From: Eledone cirrhosa
Lineage: Eukaryota
Reading direction: 5' to 3'
Length of the DNA: 64,000 nt
NCBI GenBank assembly: GCA_964016885.1
Contig: OZ024741.1
Location: 218,488,001 to 218,552,000, forward strand
Part shown: positions 15,306 to 29,981 of the stretch, in pieces
Layout of the letters: each line of letters starts with the position of its first letter
How positions within the stretch are numbered: position 1 is the stretch's first letter
Position numbers and translations under genes: made by a program
The notes under the pieces: model-generated
Seen by the model: only the letters and a program-made list of their open reading frames with translations
Database searches by the model: none
What the model was told of the DNA's origin: nothing

Positions 15306-15994
15306 GGGGATTCCTTTCTTTGTTTCTGTGCCTTTCCTTTCTTCTGTCCTACGCCATTTTGTTTCTGTGTGTGTGTTGTGTGCTCAGTTTGCGCATGCGC
15401 CACATCTGGGTGTCTGTGTGTGTTTGTGTTCATTTATCTATTTGTTTATTTATTTACATGTTATTGGTTGGTTGTTTATTCTATGTGTGTGTGTGTTTTC
15501 ATTTTGTCCTTAATTGTAAGTTGTGATGTTGCTGTTCCACTCATATTTTCTATTTAATTTTGGTTGTAATTCTTTTATGTTTATTGCCTCTGTAATTTGT
15601 CTAAACATTGCATCTTTTCTGTGTGTAGATTCTATTTTTATTTCTATGTTCTCTAATTTACCCTTGTGTCCTATCTTAGCATGTTGGTAGAGTACAGATG
15701 ATTCTTTATTATCTTGAAGGTCTCGCCAGTGTTCATTTATCCGTTCCCCTATACTACGAGCTGTCTCACCTATGTACACTATATTTTTGTTTCTACATTG
15801 TCCTTCAGTACATCTTATGCTATACACTACATTTCTAGTTTTACAGTTAATATGGGGGCTTATTTTACAGGTTATACATTTCTTATCTATACATGAGGGT
15901 CTTTGGAACGGGTATGTCTTGCTAATAAGTGTTTTTACGGAGGTACCTGGTCTTTCTACTATCTTAATATTGAGTTTATGTTTATTTAGGGCCC

Positions 15995-18900
15995 TTCTAA
16001 ACATAAAAAAGAAGATCTATAGAGAATTAAGTCATCAAGAAAAACAAAAGCGTAACCTAATACAAGAAATAGCTAGGATCACCACACCAAGCGAGAAACT
16101 AATATTTATAAGCCTTATACGCCCTGAAGAACAGTACATTACTCAAGAATGTGATAAGCACTTTAACAGGAAACTAAAGTGGCTTAAACAGGCAAAGCTA
16201 AATCAGGATACTATAGAGTATACCAATAGATATCCCGACAAAATTGGCGGTATCAACATGGCCGACACCTCATTATCAGAAGAGTTCAACAACAAAAACA
16301 CCAACATATATGGGAACGCAAAAATAGATAATGATGAAATGTCTGTGGAAATTTGCGACATTCAAGAAGGTAAATTTTCAGAAATAGAAAAATCATTTAC
16401 AAAACTACGCTGGAGCATCAAAAACAAAAGCAACAATATACGCGCACACATATACAACACACATCCCAACAACAACAGACACACAGACACAAACAACAAT
16501 AACAACAACACACACATCAACAACAATAACAACATACCCAGAAACAACAACAACAGACACGCAGACACAAACAACAATAACAACACACACAACAACGATA
16601 ACACACACGGAGACAACAACAACACACATCAACAACAGCACACACCAACAACAACAACACACACGCATTCAATGCCTCTCACCACCACCACAATCTTAAC
16701 AAACACACAGACACAGAAAACAAGTAATGACAGTAGCACCGAAATCACAGAAATAAGGGAAAGTAATAGGATTAAAAGGAGAAGGGAGACTAAGGACAAA
16801 GAGAATAACCAAGACGAACACACAGACACACAAAATAGGGTAGATAACAACATTGAGCCAGTGGAAAGAGACAGGAGTAATTATGAGAGACATAGAAACA
16901 ACCATGAGGCTGTTGGTGGAAATAGAAATAGAAACAACACAACTAACAATGACAAATAGCACTAGTACACATAAAGCAGCAGCCTGGAACTCTCCGTTTT
17001 ATAATCCCTCCGATAAATCATTCGACCTGCGACGAGTCCACGCCACGACTTTACCATTTAACAAACGCACGCAGTTGCCGTCGCAGGTCGATGAACAAAC
17101 AGAAGCACAATTTAGTATAGCTAGATCCGAACTTAGAAATATTATAGAACAGTATAGCAAGAAGCATAATAGAATAGAGGCCCAGCAACTGGGAGAAAAA
17201 TCTGCAAATGGCTTGCGTAAGCTCATGCAGCGCTCACGTAATGGAGAGATAGCATGCTTTCCAACAGACAAGTCTGGCAGAATGTCGGTTGACAGCCTGC
17301 CAAACTACATCCAGGCAATGCAACCCACATCACTAACACAAGAGAGGTAACACCACAGGAGCATGAGGATAGAGAAAAAGCCCTCAATGCCCATATGGTG
17401 ATGTGGACGAATATAATGCAGCCCAACAAAAGGACTGCCAACAACTTCCAGGCCTGGAACAATGACGTGCCGGCGTTGTATGGGCTTCGAAAAGACCATA
17501 AAACGGACTGTGACCCTGTCGCGGGACCACCAACACGGCCAGTCTGTGGAGCTAACATTGCTAGTGACTACAGACTGTCCTACTTCCTCTCCCTGATCAT
17601 ACGCCCCATCATTGAGATGTCCCCAGATGTATGTGACAGCACGGAGGACCTCCTCAGCAGAATCGGCGTGAGTAACCGATCTGGGGACCTAACAAACTGC
17701 ATAATAGGCAGTATGGATGTTGTGTCCCTGTATCCATCTATTGACGTGGATTTTGCTGTGGAGAAATGCGTAGAAATGATCAGCGAGAGCAAGGTTGAGT
17801 TCCGTGGGATTGATACCAGTGAACTGGGACTTCTACTTAAGCTTACCCATAGTAATAGTTACCTAGACACATATGACCTTAGCAACCTGACCAGCAAGAG
17901 GCAGACCACCTACCATTACCTCAATGGCCAAGAAAACCAACACAGATAGATGGAACGGGTGGACCAGAGCCATACGGACACCCGAAAACCACGATGAACT
18001 GAAGAAAATGATTGCACATGCGGTAGGGGCCAGCATAAAATTAACCCTTAAGGAACATATGTTCAAATTTAATGGAAAAACATATGCCCAAGAGGAAGGA
18101 GCAGCCATTGGTGTTAGCATTGCAGGCGACATAGCTAACTTATTCATGGTATGGTGGGACAGTAGACTTAAACTTAAACTTAAAGAACAATTAGAAGACA
18201 GCTTAACCCTGATAATGTACTCCCGCTACGTAGATGATATAAACATCGTAGTTAAGACACCCCCACTAGAGAACAGTCAGGAACTAGAGAAAAACACAAT
18301 GGAAAGCATCCAGCAAATAGCAAACTCCATCCACCAGAGCATTAGAGTTACTATAGACTACCCAAGTAGACACCCCAACCATCGATTACCTGTACTAGAC
18401 ACAGAGCTCTGGTTAGATACCATTAGCAACCAAAAACAAATCCTCCATTCCCATTATGCCAAACCCATGACTTCCAAACATCTGATCCACCGAAACTCGG
18501 CCATTTCGGACCATACCAAAATCAACATACTGATTGCGGATTTGGTACGGGTGATGAGAAATGTGTCCCGCATGTGCAACCCCGAAGAACTAGAGAGACA
18601 CATACAACACTTCATCCACCGTATGCAGTTCTCTGGCTACAATCAGAGAGATAGAATCAAAGTGTATAGAGGAGCCAGAACCAAATGGGAAAAAATGGTA
18701 AATAATGACATAAATGGGACCTGCCCCTTGTATAGGAGCAAATTTTGGAATAGAGTAGAAAGAACTAGGAACAAGGCTAATAGAATAAACTCATGGTATG
18801 ATAGCAATAAATACCAGAGTGTAATGTTCATCGATACAACCCCTAGAGGCGAACTAGCCTACAAATTTAGAAGGGCCCTAAATAGACATAAACTCAATAT

Positions 18901-19340
18901 TAAGATAGTAGAAAGACCAGGTACCTCCGTAAAAACACTTATTAGCAAGACCCTCATGTATAGATAAGAAATGTATAACCTGTAAAATAAGCCCCCATAT
19001 TAACTGTAAAACTAGAAATGTAGTGTATAGCATAAGATGTACTGAAGGACAATGTAGAAACAAAAATATAGTGTACATAGGTGAGACAGCTCGTAGTATA
19101 GGGGAACGGATAAATGAACACTGGCGAGACCTTCAAGATAATAAAGAATCATCTGTACTCTACCAACATGCTAAGATAGAACACAAGGGTAAATTAGAGA
19201 ACATAGAAATAAAAATAGAATCTACACACAGAAAAGATGTAATGTTTAGACAAATTACAGAGGCAATAAACATAAAAGAATTACAACCAAAATTAAATAG
19301 AAAATATGAGTGGAACAGCAACATCACAACTTACAATTAA
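15995..19340 (+). pseudogene. Frameshifted PLE RT/GIY-YIG ORF
   Basis: Fragments 15772-16959 (from about 15995), 16853-17350, 17395-17949, 17924-18967 and 19023-19340 tile the protein seen at 53836-57623. Confidence 0.9.
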
Positions 19341-19544
19341 GGACAAAATGAAAACACACACACACATAGAACAAACAACCAACCAATAACATGTAAATAA
19401 ATAAACAAATAGATAAATGAACACAAACACACACAGACACCCGCATGTGGCGCATGCGCAAACTGAGCACACAACACACACACAGAAACAAAATGGCGTA
19501 GGACAGAAGAAAGGAAAGGCACAGAAACAAAGAAAGGAATCCCC

Positions 19545-19589
19545 AGTCACTGAAGAGGTCACAGAGTGTGTGACGAAATGACTATGACT
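19545..19589 (+). ncRNA. Minimal hammerhead ribozyme in the 3' pLTR (stem III mutated)
   Basis: Same motif, with GAAATGACTA. Confidence 0.65.
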
Positions 19590-19808
19590 ATATATAAACA
19601 ACTATCTGGTTGTGGAACCAACCAACCAACCAGAAATTTATAAATTTGTAGATTTGTAAATTTATAAATTTATAAATATATAATAAATTGAAGTGAAAGC
19701 AACTGGTGCGTGTGTTTCTTATTGGCAACATGACCCTCCCAAAGTATAACAATATCGGTTTCAACACACGATTTCAGATAAAGAATCTTGCTAAACAAAT
19801 TCAGAAAT

Positions 19809-19853
<45 letters not shown>

Positions 19854-19934
19854 CTTGGTACCATGTGGCTAGGTTCGCCTGCCGCATTTTTCAATTTGTC
19901 AAGCTATTGCACCATTTGTCAAGCTATTGCACCT

Positions 19935-20060
19935 TTATGGTCTGAGTTCAAATCCTGCCGAGGTTAACTTTGCCTTTCATCCTTACAGGGTCGATAAAAT
20001 AAAGTACCAGTAATGCACTGGGTATTTGCTGGCCTTGTGCCAATAGTAGAAACGGTTATT
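19935..20060 (+). mobile_element. SINE family 1, 5'-truncated
   Basis: B box and conserved body. Confidence 0.8.
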
Positions 20061-20160
20061 ACTCTAAGGTGACACAGCCTTATCGAGTGCTTTGCTGCAC
20101 ATTCCTAATTATATATCGGAAGCCTGGCCACAGCCAAAACTTCGATTTAACTGAACTTCC

Positions 20161-20193
<33 letters not shown>

Positions 20194-20194
<1 letters not shown>

Positions 20195-20254
20195 TTCGCT
20201 TTTGAATTTGTTTTGCAAGATTTTATTGGCAGCATAACCTTCCCAAAATATAAC
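20194..20254. mobile_element. Minimal PLE-A-related footprint (inverted tail joined to forward short end)
   Basis: TTCGCTTTTGAATTTGTTTTGCAAGATT resembles 52263-52290; TTATTGGCAGCATAACCTTCCCAAAATATAAC resembles 58087-58118; (TA)n on both sides. Confidence 0.65.
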
Positions 20255-20316
20255 TATATATATATATATATATGAGAGACGTAAAATAAGAAAATTATAA
20301 AATTAACTTACTTACT

Positions 20317-20370
<54 letters not shown>

Positions 20371-20371
20371 A

Positions 20372-20403
<32 letters not shown>

Positions 20404-20495
20404 AGGAAAAGTATGACTTCATTTGTAATTGTTATTCTATAACAATTTAATTTTATAATTTTACAATTTTATAATTCTATAATTTTGTTATGTAG

Positions 20496-20631
20496 ATCTA
20501 ATAATTCCTTCGTTAACTTCGGTGGAAAGTCTGTTTCTTTTTTTAAAATCCTGGTTAACTTTCTGGAGAACTTTCTCGCATTCGTCGCGTTTAAAGAATT
20601 TGTGTGTGTGCCTGGGGGAAGTGTTAATGAG
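20496..20631 (+). CDS. Candidate internal exon of an unidentified host gene
   Basis: T-rich tract plus TAG acceptor, GAG|GTACTT donor, unique sequence, two open frames (e.g. LIIPSLTSVESLFLFLKSWLTFWRTF..). No homology recognised. Confidence 0.3.
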
Positions 20632-20671
20632 GTACTTTACACCCCATTAACACCCAAATCCTTTATATATG

Positions 20672-20880
20672 ATTTCTATTATAGGCACAAGGCCAGCAAT
20701 TTTGGGGGAGGGGGGGGGGGAGTCGATTAAATCGTCCCCAGTGCGTGACTGGTACTTTATTCTATCGATCCCGTAAGGATAAAAGGCAAAGTTAACCCCG
20801 CGCGGGATTTGAACTCAGACCGTAAAGGACCGTAACTCTATGCTGCAAAGCATGGCGTCCGATCCACTACCAATACTGCC
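20672..20880 (-). mobile_element. SINE family 1, full length
   Basis: Reverse complement of the SINE consensus. Confidence 0.85.
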
Positions 20881-21099
20881 TACTGCCAATGACGATAATA
20901 ATAATAATGATAATAACAATGATATTAACGATGACGATGATGATGATGATATAAATATGCTTTTAAGATGTCTCATGTTGACATTAACTATATTTTCCAC
21001 ACACATCTGACAGCAAGTGTTAGCAAATGAATGCCTCGTTGCCTCATATTATTCCGCCGTATTAAACATTTGTACACACATCGTCGACAGCGGTGCTCT

Positions 21100-21960
21100 A
21101 CCCACCACCGTCACCGCCATCACTGCCATCGCCATCACCGCCAACACCGCCACTGCCAACACCACCACCACCACCATCACCAACGCCATCGCCGCCGACA
21201 CCACTACCACTGCCAACACCACTACCACTACTACCACCAACACCATCACCAGTGCCACTACCGCCATCGCCGCCGACACCACCACTGCCAATACCACTAC
21301 CACCACCAACACCATCACCATCACCATCACCGCCATCGCCGCCGACACCACCACTGCCAATACCACTACCACCACCAACACCATCACCATCACCATCACC
21401 GCCATCGCCGCCGACACCACCACTGCCAATACCACTACCACCACCAACACCATCACCATCATCATCACCGCCATCGCCGCCGACACCACCACTGCCAATA
21501 CCACTACCACCACCAACACCATCACCATCACCATCAACGCCATCGCCGCCGACACCACCACTGCCAACACCACAACCACCACCAACACCATCACCATCAC
21601 CGCCATCGCCGCCCAACACCACAACCACCACCAACGCCATCGCCATCACCGCCATCGCCGCCGACACCACCACTGCCAACACCAGCACCAGCACCACCAC
21701 CACCACAACCACCACCAACGCCATCACCATTACCGCCATCGCCGCCGACACCACCACTGCCAACACCAGCACCACCAGCACCACCACCACAACCACCACC
21801 AACGCCATCGCCATCACCGCCATCGCCGCCGACACCACCACTGCCAACACCAGCACCACCAGCACCACCACCATCACCACCACCACCAGCACCACCATCA
21901 CCCCCCATCGCCGCCAACACTGCCACCATCGCCTCGGCCGAAACCAACACCACCGCCATC
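21100..21960. repeat. GC-rich (ACC/GCC/ATC) minisatellite with a 66-bp higher-order unit
   Basis: The 22-codon block TNTITITITAIAADTTTANTTT repeats several times. Confidence 0.85.
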
Positions 21961-22301
21961 ACTCTGGTCACCACCTACCTCCACCATCTTCCAGCCGCTG
22001 TCGCTGTCGTCATCGCCCAGACCGACCATCACTGTCTTTGTTGCTGTCGTTTCGTTGCTGTTATTATAAGGCAGATTTTGAGGACTGTTCCAATAAAAGC
22101 CGACATCTACCGCTTGATATTGCCATGGCAAATATTTTCTTTTCAAACATGCCATGATAATTTCAACAGATTTCTCATTTTATTACCACATATGATTTAC
22201 CCAGACAGCTTTCAAAATTAAACACACAGAAACACATCCCTGCATGTGTGTGTACGTGTAATTTCTACATATCTACACACTCTCTTACACACACACACAC
22301 A

Positions 22302-22333
<32 letters not shown>

Positions 22334-22564
22334 GTCTCTGACACACACACACACAATGTGCCTGTGTGTGTGTGTGTGTGTAAGGCTATACATATGTGTG
22401 TCCATATGTATATATAAAAACAAAATATGCGCTCGTTTGGAAATCCTTGATGAATCAATGCTGTCAATAGAAGATATATATATATATATGTATGTATATG
22501 TATATGCGTATATACATATATGTATATATATATATATTTATATATATATATGTGTATATTTATG

Positions 22565-22595
<31 letters not shown>

Positions 22596-22604
22596 GTGTA
22601 TATT

Positions 22605-22657
<53 letters not shown>

Positions 22658-22763
22658 AATTATAATATATATATATGCATATATATATATATGCATATAT
22701 ATATATATGCATATATATATATATATATCCAATTATAATATATATATATATGCATATATATAA

Positions 22764-22794
<31 letters not shown>

Positions 22795-22811
22795 TTACAT
22801 ATACATATATA

Positions 22812-22886
<75 letters not shown>

Positions 22887-22893
22887 ATGTATG

Positions 22894-22934
<41 letters not shown>

Positions 22935-23061
22935 TAGCAATAAGAAGGCGGGGTGTACAATTGACAGATAACACTCAGTAATGAAGGGTGTATGTGTGGA
23001 TGATAACATCAAATATTGGGGAATTTCTTCGTTGCTGAGAATTTCCATGTACACATACATG

Positions 23062-23133
<72 letters not shown>

Positions 23134-23482
23134 GTATATGCTTATATATATATGTGTGTATATATTACATGTATGTATGTGTGTATATATGTATATATAT
23201 ATATACATGTATCTATATATAGACATATATGTGTGTGTGTATATATGCAGTGTGTGTGTGTGAGTGTTTGTGCATGTGTTGATGTGGTTTGCCCATAAAG
23301 TTATGTTAACTATCTACAAAACGTGCAAATAATATAAACAACTTCGGTATATATAGTTTTGCCCACCCCCATCACATTAGGTTACCCCTACATAACTCTA
23401 TTATTCGTACAGACGGCATCTAAAAGAATATTTCCCCGAGTCATTATTTTAAATTGTGGTAGTGGTGGTGGTGGTGGTGGTG

Positions 23483-23670
23483 GTGGTAGATTGGTAGTAT
23501 CGGTAGAGGGTCGGAAGCCATGCTTTGTAGCAAAATGTTACGGCCCTTTACGGTCTGAGTTCAAATCCCGCCGAGGTTAATTTTGCCTTTCATCCTTACG
23601 GGGTCGATAAAATAAAGTACCAGTAATACACTGGGATAATTGCTGGCTTTGTGCCAAAAGTAGAAACACT
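23483..23670 (+). mobile_element. SINE family 1
   Basis: A/B boxes and conserved body. Confidence 0.85.
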
Positions 23671-24219
23671 TATTCTAAATTGTTGTTGTTGTTATCACAT
23701 CTATGTTGCTGACCTCCAGTGAGATTGTATCTCATAGCGGGTCCCTTGCGTGTTTTAAGGATAGGGGCCCCAGTTTTATCACGTTGTTTTTTGTTGCAGC
23801 TCCTTCCTCTCTAGGCTTACGTTGCCTCCTACGAAGTTTGAATAGCGTAGGAGGTTTCGCGGATCTTTTAATGATTGGAATCCCAGTTCTATCATGTTGT
23901 TACAGTTGACATCTATGTAGGTTTAGCTTGCCTCCTATAGGGTTGATCTCATAACAGGTTTTTTTGGTGTATTAATAATAAAGGCCCAAGTCCTATAATG
24001 TTATTGTTACACCTCACACCTATGCAAGTTTAGCAAGCCTGTCGTGAGGTGGTATTTCATATGAGTTCCCTTGAGTATTTTAGTAATATGACACCTCAGT
24101 TCTATCACCTTGTTCTCGTTACAGCTCACACTTATGTAGGGTAAAGTTGATCTCCTACGGGGATGTGTATCACAGCAAGTTTCTTGAATGTTTAATGATA
24201 GAGGACCCATATAACATGT

Positions 24220-25240
24220 TGTTGGTGATGATAGTGGTGGTGATGGAGATGGTGGTAATAGTACTGGTGGTGGTAGCGGTGGTGGTAGCGGTAGTGGTGG
24301 TGATAGTGATGGTGGTGGGGTTTGTGATATAGGAGGTTGTGGTGGTGGTACTGGTGGTGATAGTTGTGGTGGTGGTGGTGATGGAGGTGGTGGTGGTAGT
24401 GGTGGTGATGATTGTGGTGGTGATGGAGGTGGTGGTGGTGGTGGTGGTGGTGGTGGTGGTAGTGGTGGAGGTAGTGATGGTGGTGGGGTTTGTGATATAG
24501 GAGGTTGTGGTGGTGGTACTGGTGGTGATAGTTGTGGTGGTGGTAGTGATGGAGGTGGTGGTGGTAGTGGTGGTGATGATTGTGGTGGTGATGGAGGTGG
24601 TGGTGGTGGTGGTCGTGGTAGTGGTGGAGGTAGTGGAGGTGGCAGTGTTGGAGGTAGTGGTGGAGGTGGTGGTGATGGTGGTAATGGTTGAGGTGGTGTA
24701 GGTATTGGTGGTAGTGTTGGTGGTGGTAGTGATGTTGGTGGTAGTGGTGGAGGTGGTGGTAGTAGTGGAGGTGGTGGTGATAGTGTTGGTAGTGTTAGTG
24801 GTGGTAGTGTTAGTGGTGGTAGTGGTGGTAATGGTAGTAGTGGTGGTGGTACTAGTGGAGGTGGTGGTGGTGGTGGTGGTGGTGGCGGTGATGGTAGTGG
24901 AGGAGGTGGTAGTGTTAGTGGTGGACGTAGTGGAGGTGGTGGTGGTGGTGGTGGAGATGATAGTAGTGTGAGTGGGGGTAGTTGGGTAGTAGTGGTGGAG
25001 ATGATGGTAGTGTGAGTGGGGGTAGTGGGGTAGTAGTGGTGGAGATGATGGTAGTGTTAGTGGGGGTAGTGGTGGGGGTGGTGGTTGAGGTAGCGGAGAT
25101 GGTGATGGTGGTGGACGTAATGGTAGTGATAGTGATGGTAGTGGTGGTGATGGTGGTAGTAGTGGTGGAGGCGGTGTTGGTGGTGGTGGTAGTAGTAGTG
25201 GTGGTAGTGGTGGTGGTAGTAGTAATGAAGGTGGTGCTGT
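24220..25240. repeat. Degenerate (GGT)n low-complexity tract
   Basis: Direct reading, with an internal duplication around GGGGTTTGTGATATAGGAGG. Confidence 0.9.
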
Positions 25241-25643
25241 AAATCTAAACTACTTCCAATATTGGTATATAGTTGTTATTGTTGTTTTACCATATATTTC
25301 CATTAATGAGGTCTTTCCCTGTGTTTCTGACAGCAACAATATTTTAATTAAGGAACACACCAGGGCCTTGCATAAATCTTATTACTGTTGTTGTTGCTCT
25401 TGTTGCTGTTGGTGTTGTTGTTGTTGTTGCTGTTGCTGTTGCTGTTGTTGTTGTTGTTGATGTTGTTGCTGTTGCTGTTGCTGTTGCTGTTGTTGTTGTT
25501 GTTGATGATGTTGTTGTTCTTCTTCTTTTTTTCTCTCTGTCTCTCCATCTCTATATATATATATATGTCTATATATGATTATACATACATACACACACAC
25601 ATACACGCACACACGCACACACATATATATATATGTATGTTTA

Positions 25644-25727
<84 letters not shown>

Positions 25728-26171
25728 CATATACATGTATATATATACATATACATGTATATATATACATATACATGTATATATATATATATATACATAC
25801 ATATACATGTATATATATACATATACATGTATATATATACATATACATGTATATATATATATATATATATATGTGTACACACACATACATATATATATAT
25901 ATATTCACAAATAATTGAAGCATTACATTAAAAATGTTATTCTTAACATAATTTCAACGTTAGCTTTTTATCATAAATTAATGAATCAATCAATTTATTT
26001 TAATTTGATTTCAATTTATTCTGAATATATTCTCTTCTGTTCCAAACTTACATTCTAACTTCATTCCGTCTTGTACCGTTTTTCTGGTTCTGTCTTATTC
26101 TCTTTATTCGATTTCCACTTCAATCTGATTTTCCTGCTCGATTTATCTGCTTTTAATCTCATTTCCTTGTG

Positions 26172-27292
<1,121 letters not shown>

Positions 27293-27525
27293 ATCGACAC
27301 ACGATTTCATATAAAAAACCTCGCTAAACTATATATATATATATATATATATACATAGGAAAAGAGTCACGATCCACGATCCAGACAGCTGAGCTCCGGC
27401 CGTTTCGACGGCTAGATCCGAACTAGTTCTTTTCCTATTACCCACTCTAGTACCCTAAGTATCGAGTACTCTGCTGCGTTATGGTCTACCTGGTTTCTTA
27501 CCACACTTTCTTTGTTTTATATATA

Positions 27526-27595
<70 letters not shown>

Positions 27596-27611
27596 CAAAG
27601 AAAGTGTGGTG

Positions 27612-27650
<39 letters not shown>

Positions 27651-27661
27651 TTAATAATAAT

Positions 27662-27707
<46 letters not shown>

Positions 27708-27789
27708 CAGAGAAATGAACATGTATGTGAAAATTAATTTTTCTTCCTCTTTTCATTTTTATTATTATTATTATTATTATTGTTGTTAT

Positions 27790-29320
27790 TCCTTGAATCT
27801 CAGTCATTGATGTTGGTTAACTGGAAAGTCCGTTGAGGTGAATATCAAGCCACTACCTGCAGCCTCAGAGATTCAGGACGTATCGGAGGGTTCTTGCTGT
27901 TCCAAGCAAGCATGCCTTTTGAACCGTTCCAAAAAGCGTGAAGGGGCCGATTTTCTTTAACCATCCCTGGAAACTTTTGGAGATAGTCCCCAGTGCGCCT
28001 ATGACAATCGGGATCACTTTGACTTCATGGCAATTCCAAATCCTTTTCACCTCCCACTTTAGGTCCTGGTATCGGTTAATTTTCTCCCTCTCCTTCTCTT
28101 GCACTCTCGTGTCGAACGGGCAGGCCACATCCACAATCAGACACGATCTTTTTTCTTTGTCCACAACCACCAGGTCAGGTCTATTGTGTTCCAGTTTTTT
28201 GTCTGTCTGTATCCTAAAATCCCACAGCACCTTCACCTGATCGTTCTCCATCACCGCCTCTGGCCTATGCTCATACCATTTCTCAGAATGTGGTAAATTG
28301 TTTACTTTGCACAGGTGCCAGTGGATCACCCTGCCCATCACATCGTATCTCCAGCCCTTATAGTGGGTCTGGGCTAGGTGTTTACACTCGGACACAATGT
28401 GAGCCACAGTCTCCTCTCTCTCTCCACAGATCCTGCACAGTGGGCTAGCCTCCTCCTTGTAGATATGGTGCTTCAACCACTTCGTTTTGAGGGCCTGCTC
28501 CTGCGCAGCCATTAGCATTCCTTCTGTAGCCTTTTTGAGGTCTCCTCTTCTCAACCAGTTCCATGTCTGTGGATCTCTAAATTCAGTTTTCTCAAAGAAG
28601 GTACTATGAAGGGATTTTCCCTTAAGGCTGCTCTTCCTCCTTGATGTTATTTCCTCCTTGGACATCCCCTGGCCTACTGTCCCCTCCTTCAGTACACTTC
28701 TGAGCATTGGCTCCTTACTATAGGTCACGTATTTGTATAGGTTGTTTTTCTCCATCTGAACACAGTCCTCTATGCTGATAAGACCTCTTCCACCCTCAGA
28801 TCTCCTTAGGTAGAGTCTATCGACATCACTCCTCTTGTGGAACATGTTGTAGATAGTCAATAGCTTCCTAGTCTTCCTATCCATTTCTTTTTGTTCAGCA
28901 ACATTCCATCTCAGATTTCCCGCACTGTACCTAATAATAGACACAGCTCGGGAATTTACTGCGCTTATGGCATTTCTGCTGTTCAGATGTGACTTCAATA
29001 CGCTCCTTACTCTCCGAATGTATTCAGTTCTTAACAATTCCTTCATTTTTTTGTTCTTTATGCCATCAGCCTCCAGAACGCCCAAATACTTGTATCCTTC
29101 CTCAGAGTCAATTTCCTTTATCATCTCACCTGTTGGTATCTGGATCCCGTTACTTTTGCTCAACCTACCCCTCTTCATCACAATGACTCCACATTTACCA
29201 ATACCAAACTGCATACATATATCACTGCTGAAAATACGGACAGTGTCAACAAGCACATCCAACTCCTTCTCACTTTTCCCGAAGAGCTTAAGATCGTCCA
29301 TGAAGAGGAGGTGATTGATG

Positions 29321-29322
<2 letters not shown>
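27790..29322 (-). mobile_element. 5'-truncated Dong/R4-clade non-LTR retrotransposon inside (TAA)n
   Basis: (TTA)n tracts at 27760-27781 and 29322-29391; short 3' UTR. Confidence 0.9.
27865..29301 (-). CDS. C-terminal part of Dong/R4 RT-CCHC-RLE protein
   Basis: HLLFMDDLKLF, YKYLG, GGRGL, CRIC..ETVAHIVSEC, RPDLVVVDK..IVDVACP, PIVIGALG; uninterrupted for 478 aa. Confidence 0.9.
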   Translation of the reverse strand: MDDLKLFGKSEKELDVLVDTVRIFSSDICMQFGIGKCGVIVMKRGRLSKSNGIQIPTGEMIKEIDSEEGYKYLGVLEADGIKNKKMKELLRTEYIRRVRSVLKSHLNSRNAISAVNSRAVSIIRYSAGNLRWNVAEQKEMDRKTRKLLTIYNMFHKRSDVDRLYLRRSEGGRGLISIEDCVQMEKNNLYKYVTYSKEPMLRSVLKEGTVGQGMSKEEITSRRKSSLKGKSLHSTFFEKTEFRDPQTWNWLRRGDLKKATEGMLMAAQEQALKTKWLKHHIYKEEASPLCRICGEREETVAHIVSECKHLAQTHYKGWRYDVMGRVIHWHLCKVNNLPHSEKWYEHRPEAVMENDQVKVLWDFRIQTDKKLEHNRPDLVVVDKEKRSCLIVDVACPFDTRVQEKEREKINRYQDLKWEVKRIWNCHEVKVIPIVIGALGTISKSFQGWLKKIGPFTLFGTVQKACLLGTARTLRYVLNL

Positions 29323-29395
<73 letters not shown>

Positions 29396-29399
29396 CAAA

Positions 29400-29590
29400 G
29401 GGGTGGATTGGAAGTATCGGGAGAGGGTCGGACGCCATGCTTTGACGCATAGAGTTACGGTCCTTGCCATTCTGAGTTCAAATCCCGCCGAGGTTATCTT
29501 TGACTTTCATCCTTACGGGGTCGATAAAATAAAGTACCAGTAATGTACTGAGTAATTGCTGGCCTTGTGCCAAAAATATAAACAATTATT
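29400..29590 (+). mobile_element. SINE family 1
   Basis: A/B boxes and conserved body. Confidence 0.85.
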
Positions 29591-29802
29591 ATTATTATCA
29601 CTATTTGTACAAATATACAACTTAACCATATTCTGCATATCCGCAATTGACAATGCATATAATGCTGAAACCGGTATTGTAAATAAATTAATGTTTTGAT
29701 ATCTCACTGAAAAAATCTCTTCAACATTTTCTATTGAAAAAATCTTTTTCCTTTCTACTATTTGTTTTTATATATATCAACTTGTCTGTTACTTTTCTAC
29801 AT

Positions 29803-29877
<75 letters not shown>

Positions 29878-29916
29878 GATATTAATAAATGGAAACTATA
29901 TTTATAAAACCATATT

Positions 29917-29981
29917 TATTTCATTATACATATTTCAGGGATACCACATTAAATTATGGTATGCCTTCATCAGACAAAATA
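29917..29981 (-). ncRNA. Hammerhead ribozyme in a TA-embedded insert (about 29878-30703); homolog at about 61155-61220 (+)
   Basis: TATTTTGT-CTGATGA-AGGCATACCATA..TGTGGTATCCCT-GAAATATGTATA-ATGAAATA. The insert also has a 70-bp inverted duplication, 30041-30110 versus 30633-30703. Confidence 0.7.

Larger units (their letters stand above)
15098..19812 (+). mobile_element. PLE family A, older copy: inverted 3' arm (15098-16001), 5'-truncated ORF, and 3' pLTR with tail
   Basis: Collinear with 54115-58120. RT motifs SMDVVSLYPSID, GAAIG, RYVDD; GIY-YIG VYSIRC..YIGET. Several frameshifts. (TA)n on both sides. Confidence 0.93.

Noticed and set aside
15772-16959. Novel 395-aa protein (and ORF 53023-53361)
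   Set aside because: Chimeras of antisense inverted arm and sense PLE ORF across the inversion junctions.
21017-22221. Mucin-like, extensin-like and His-rich ORFs in all frames
   Set aside because: Trinucleotide minisatellite open in all six frames, with indels that switch frames.
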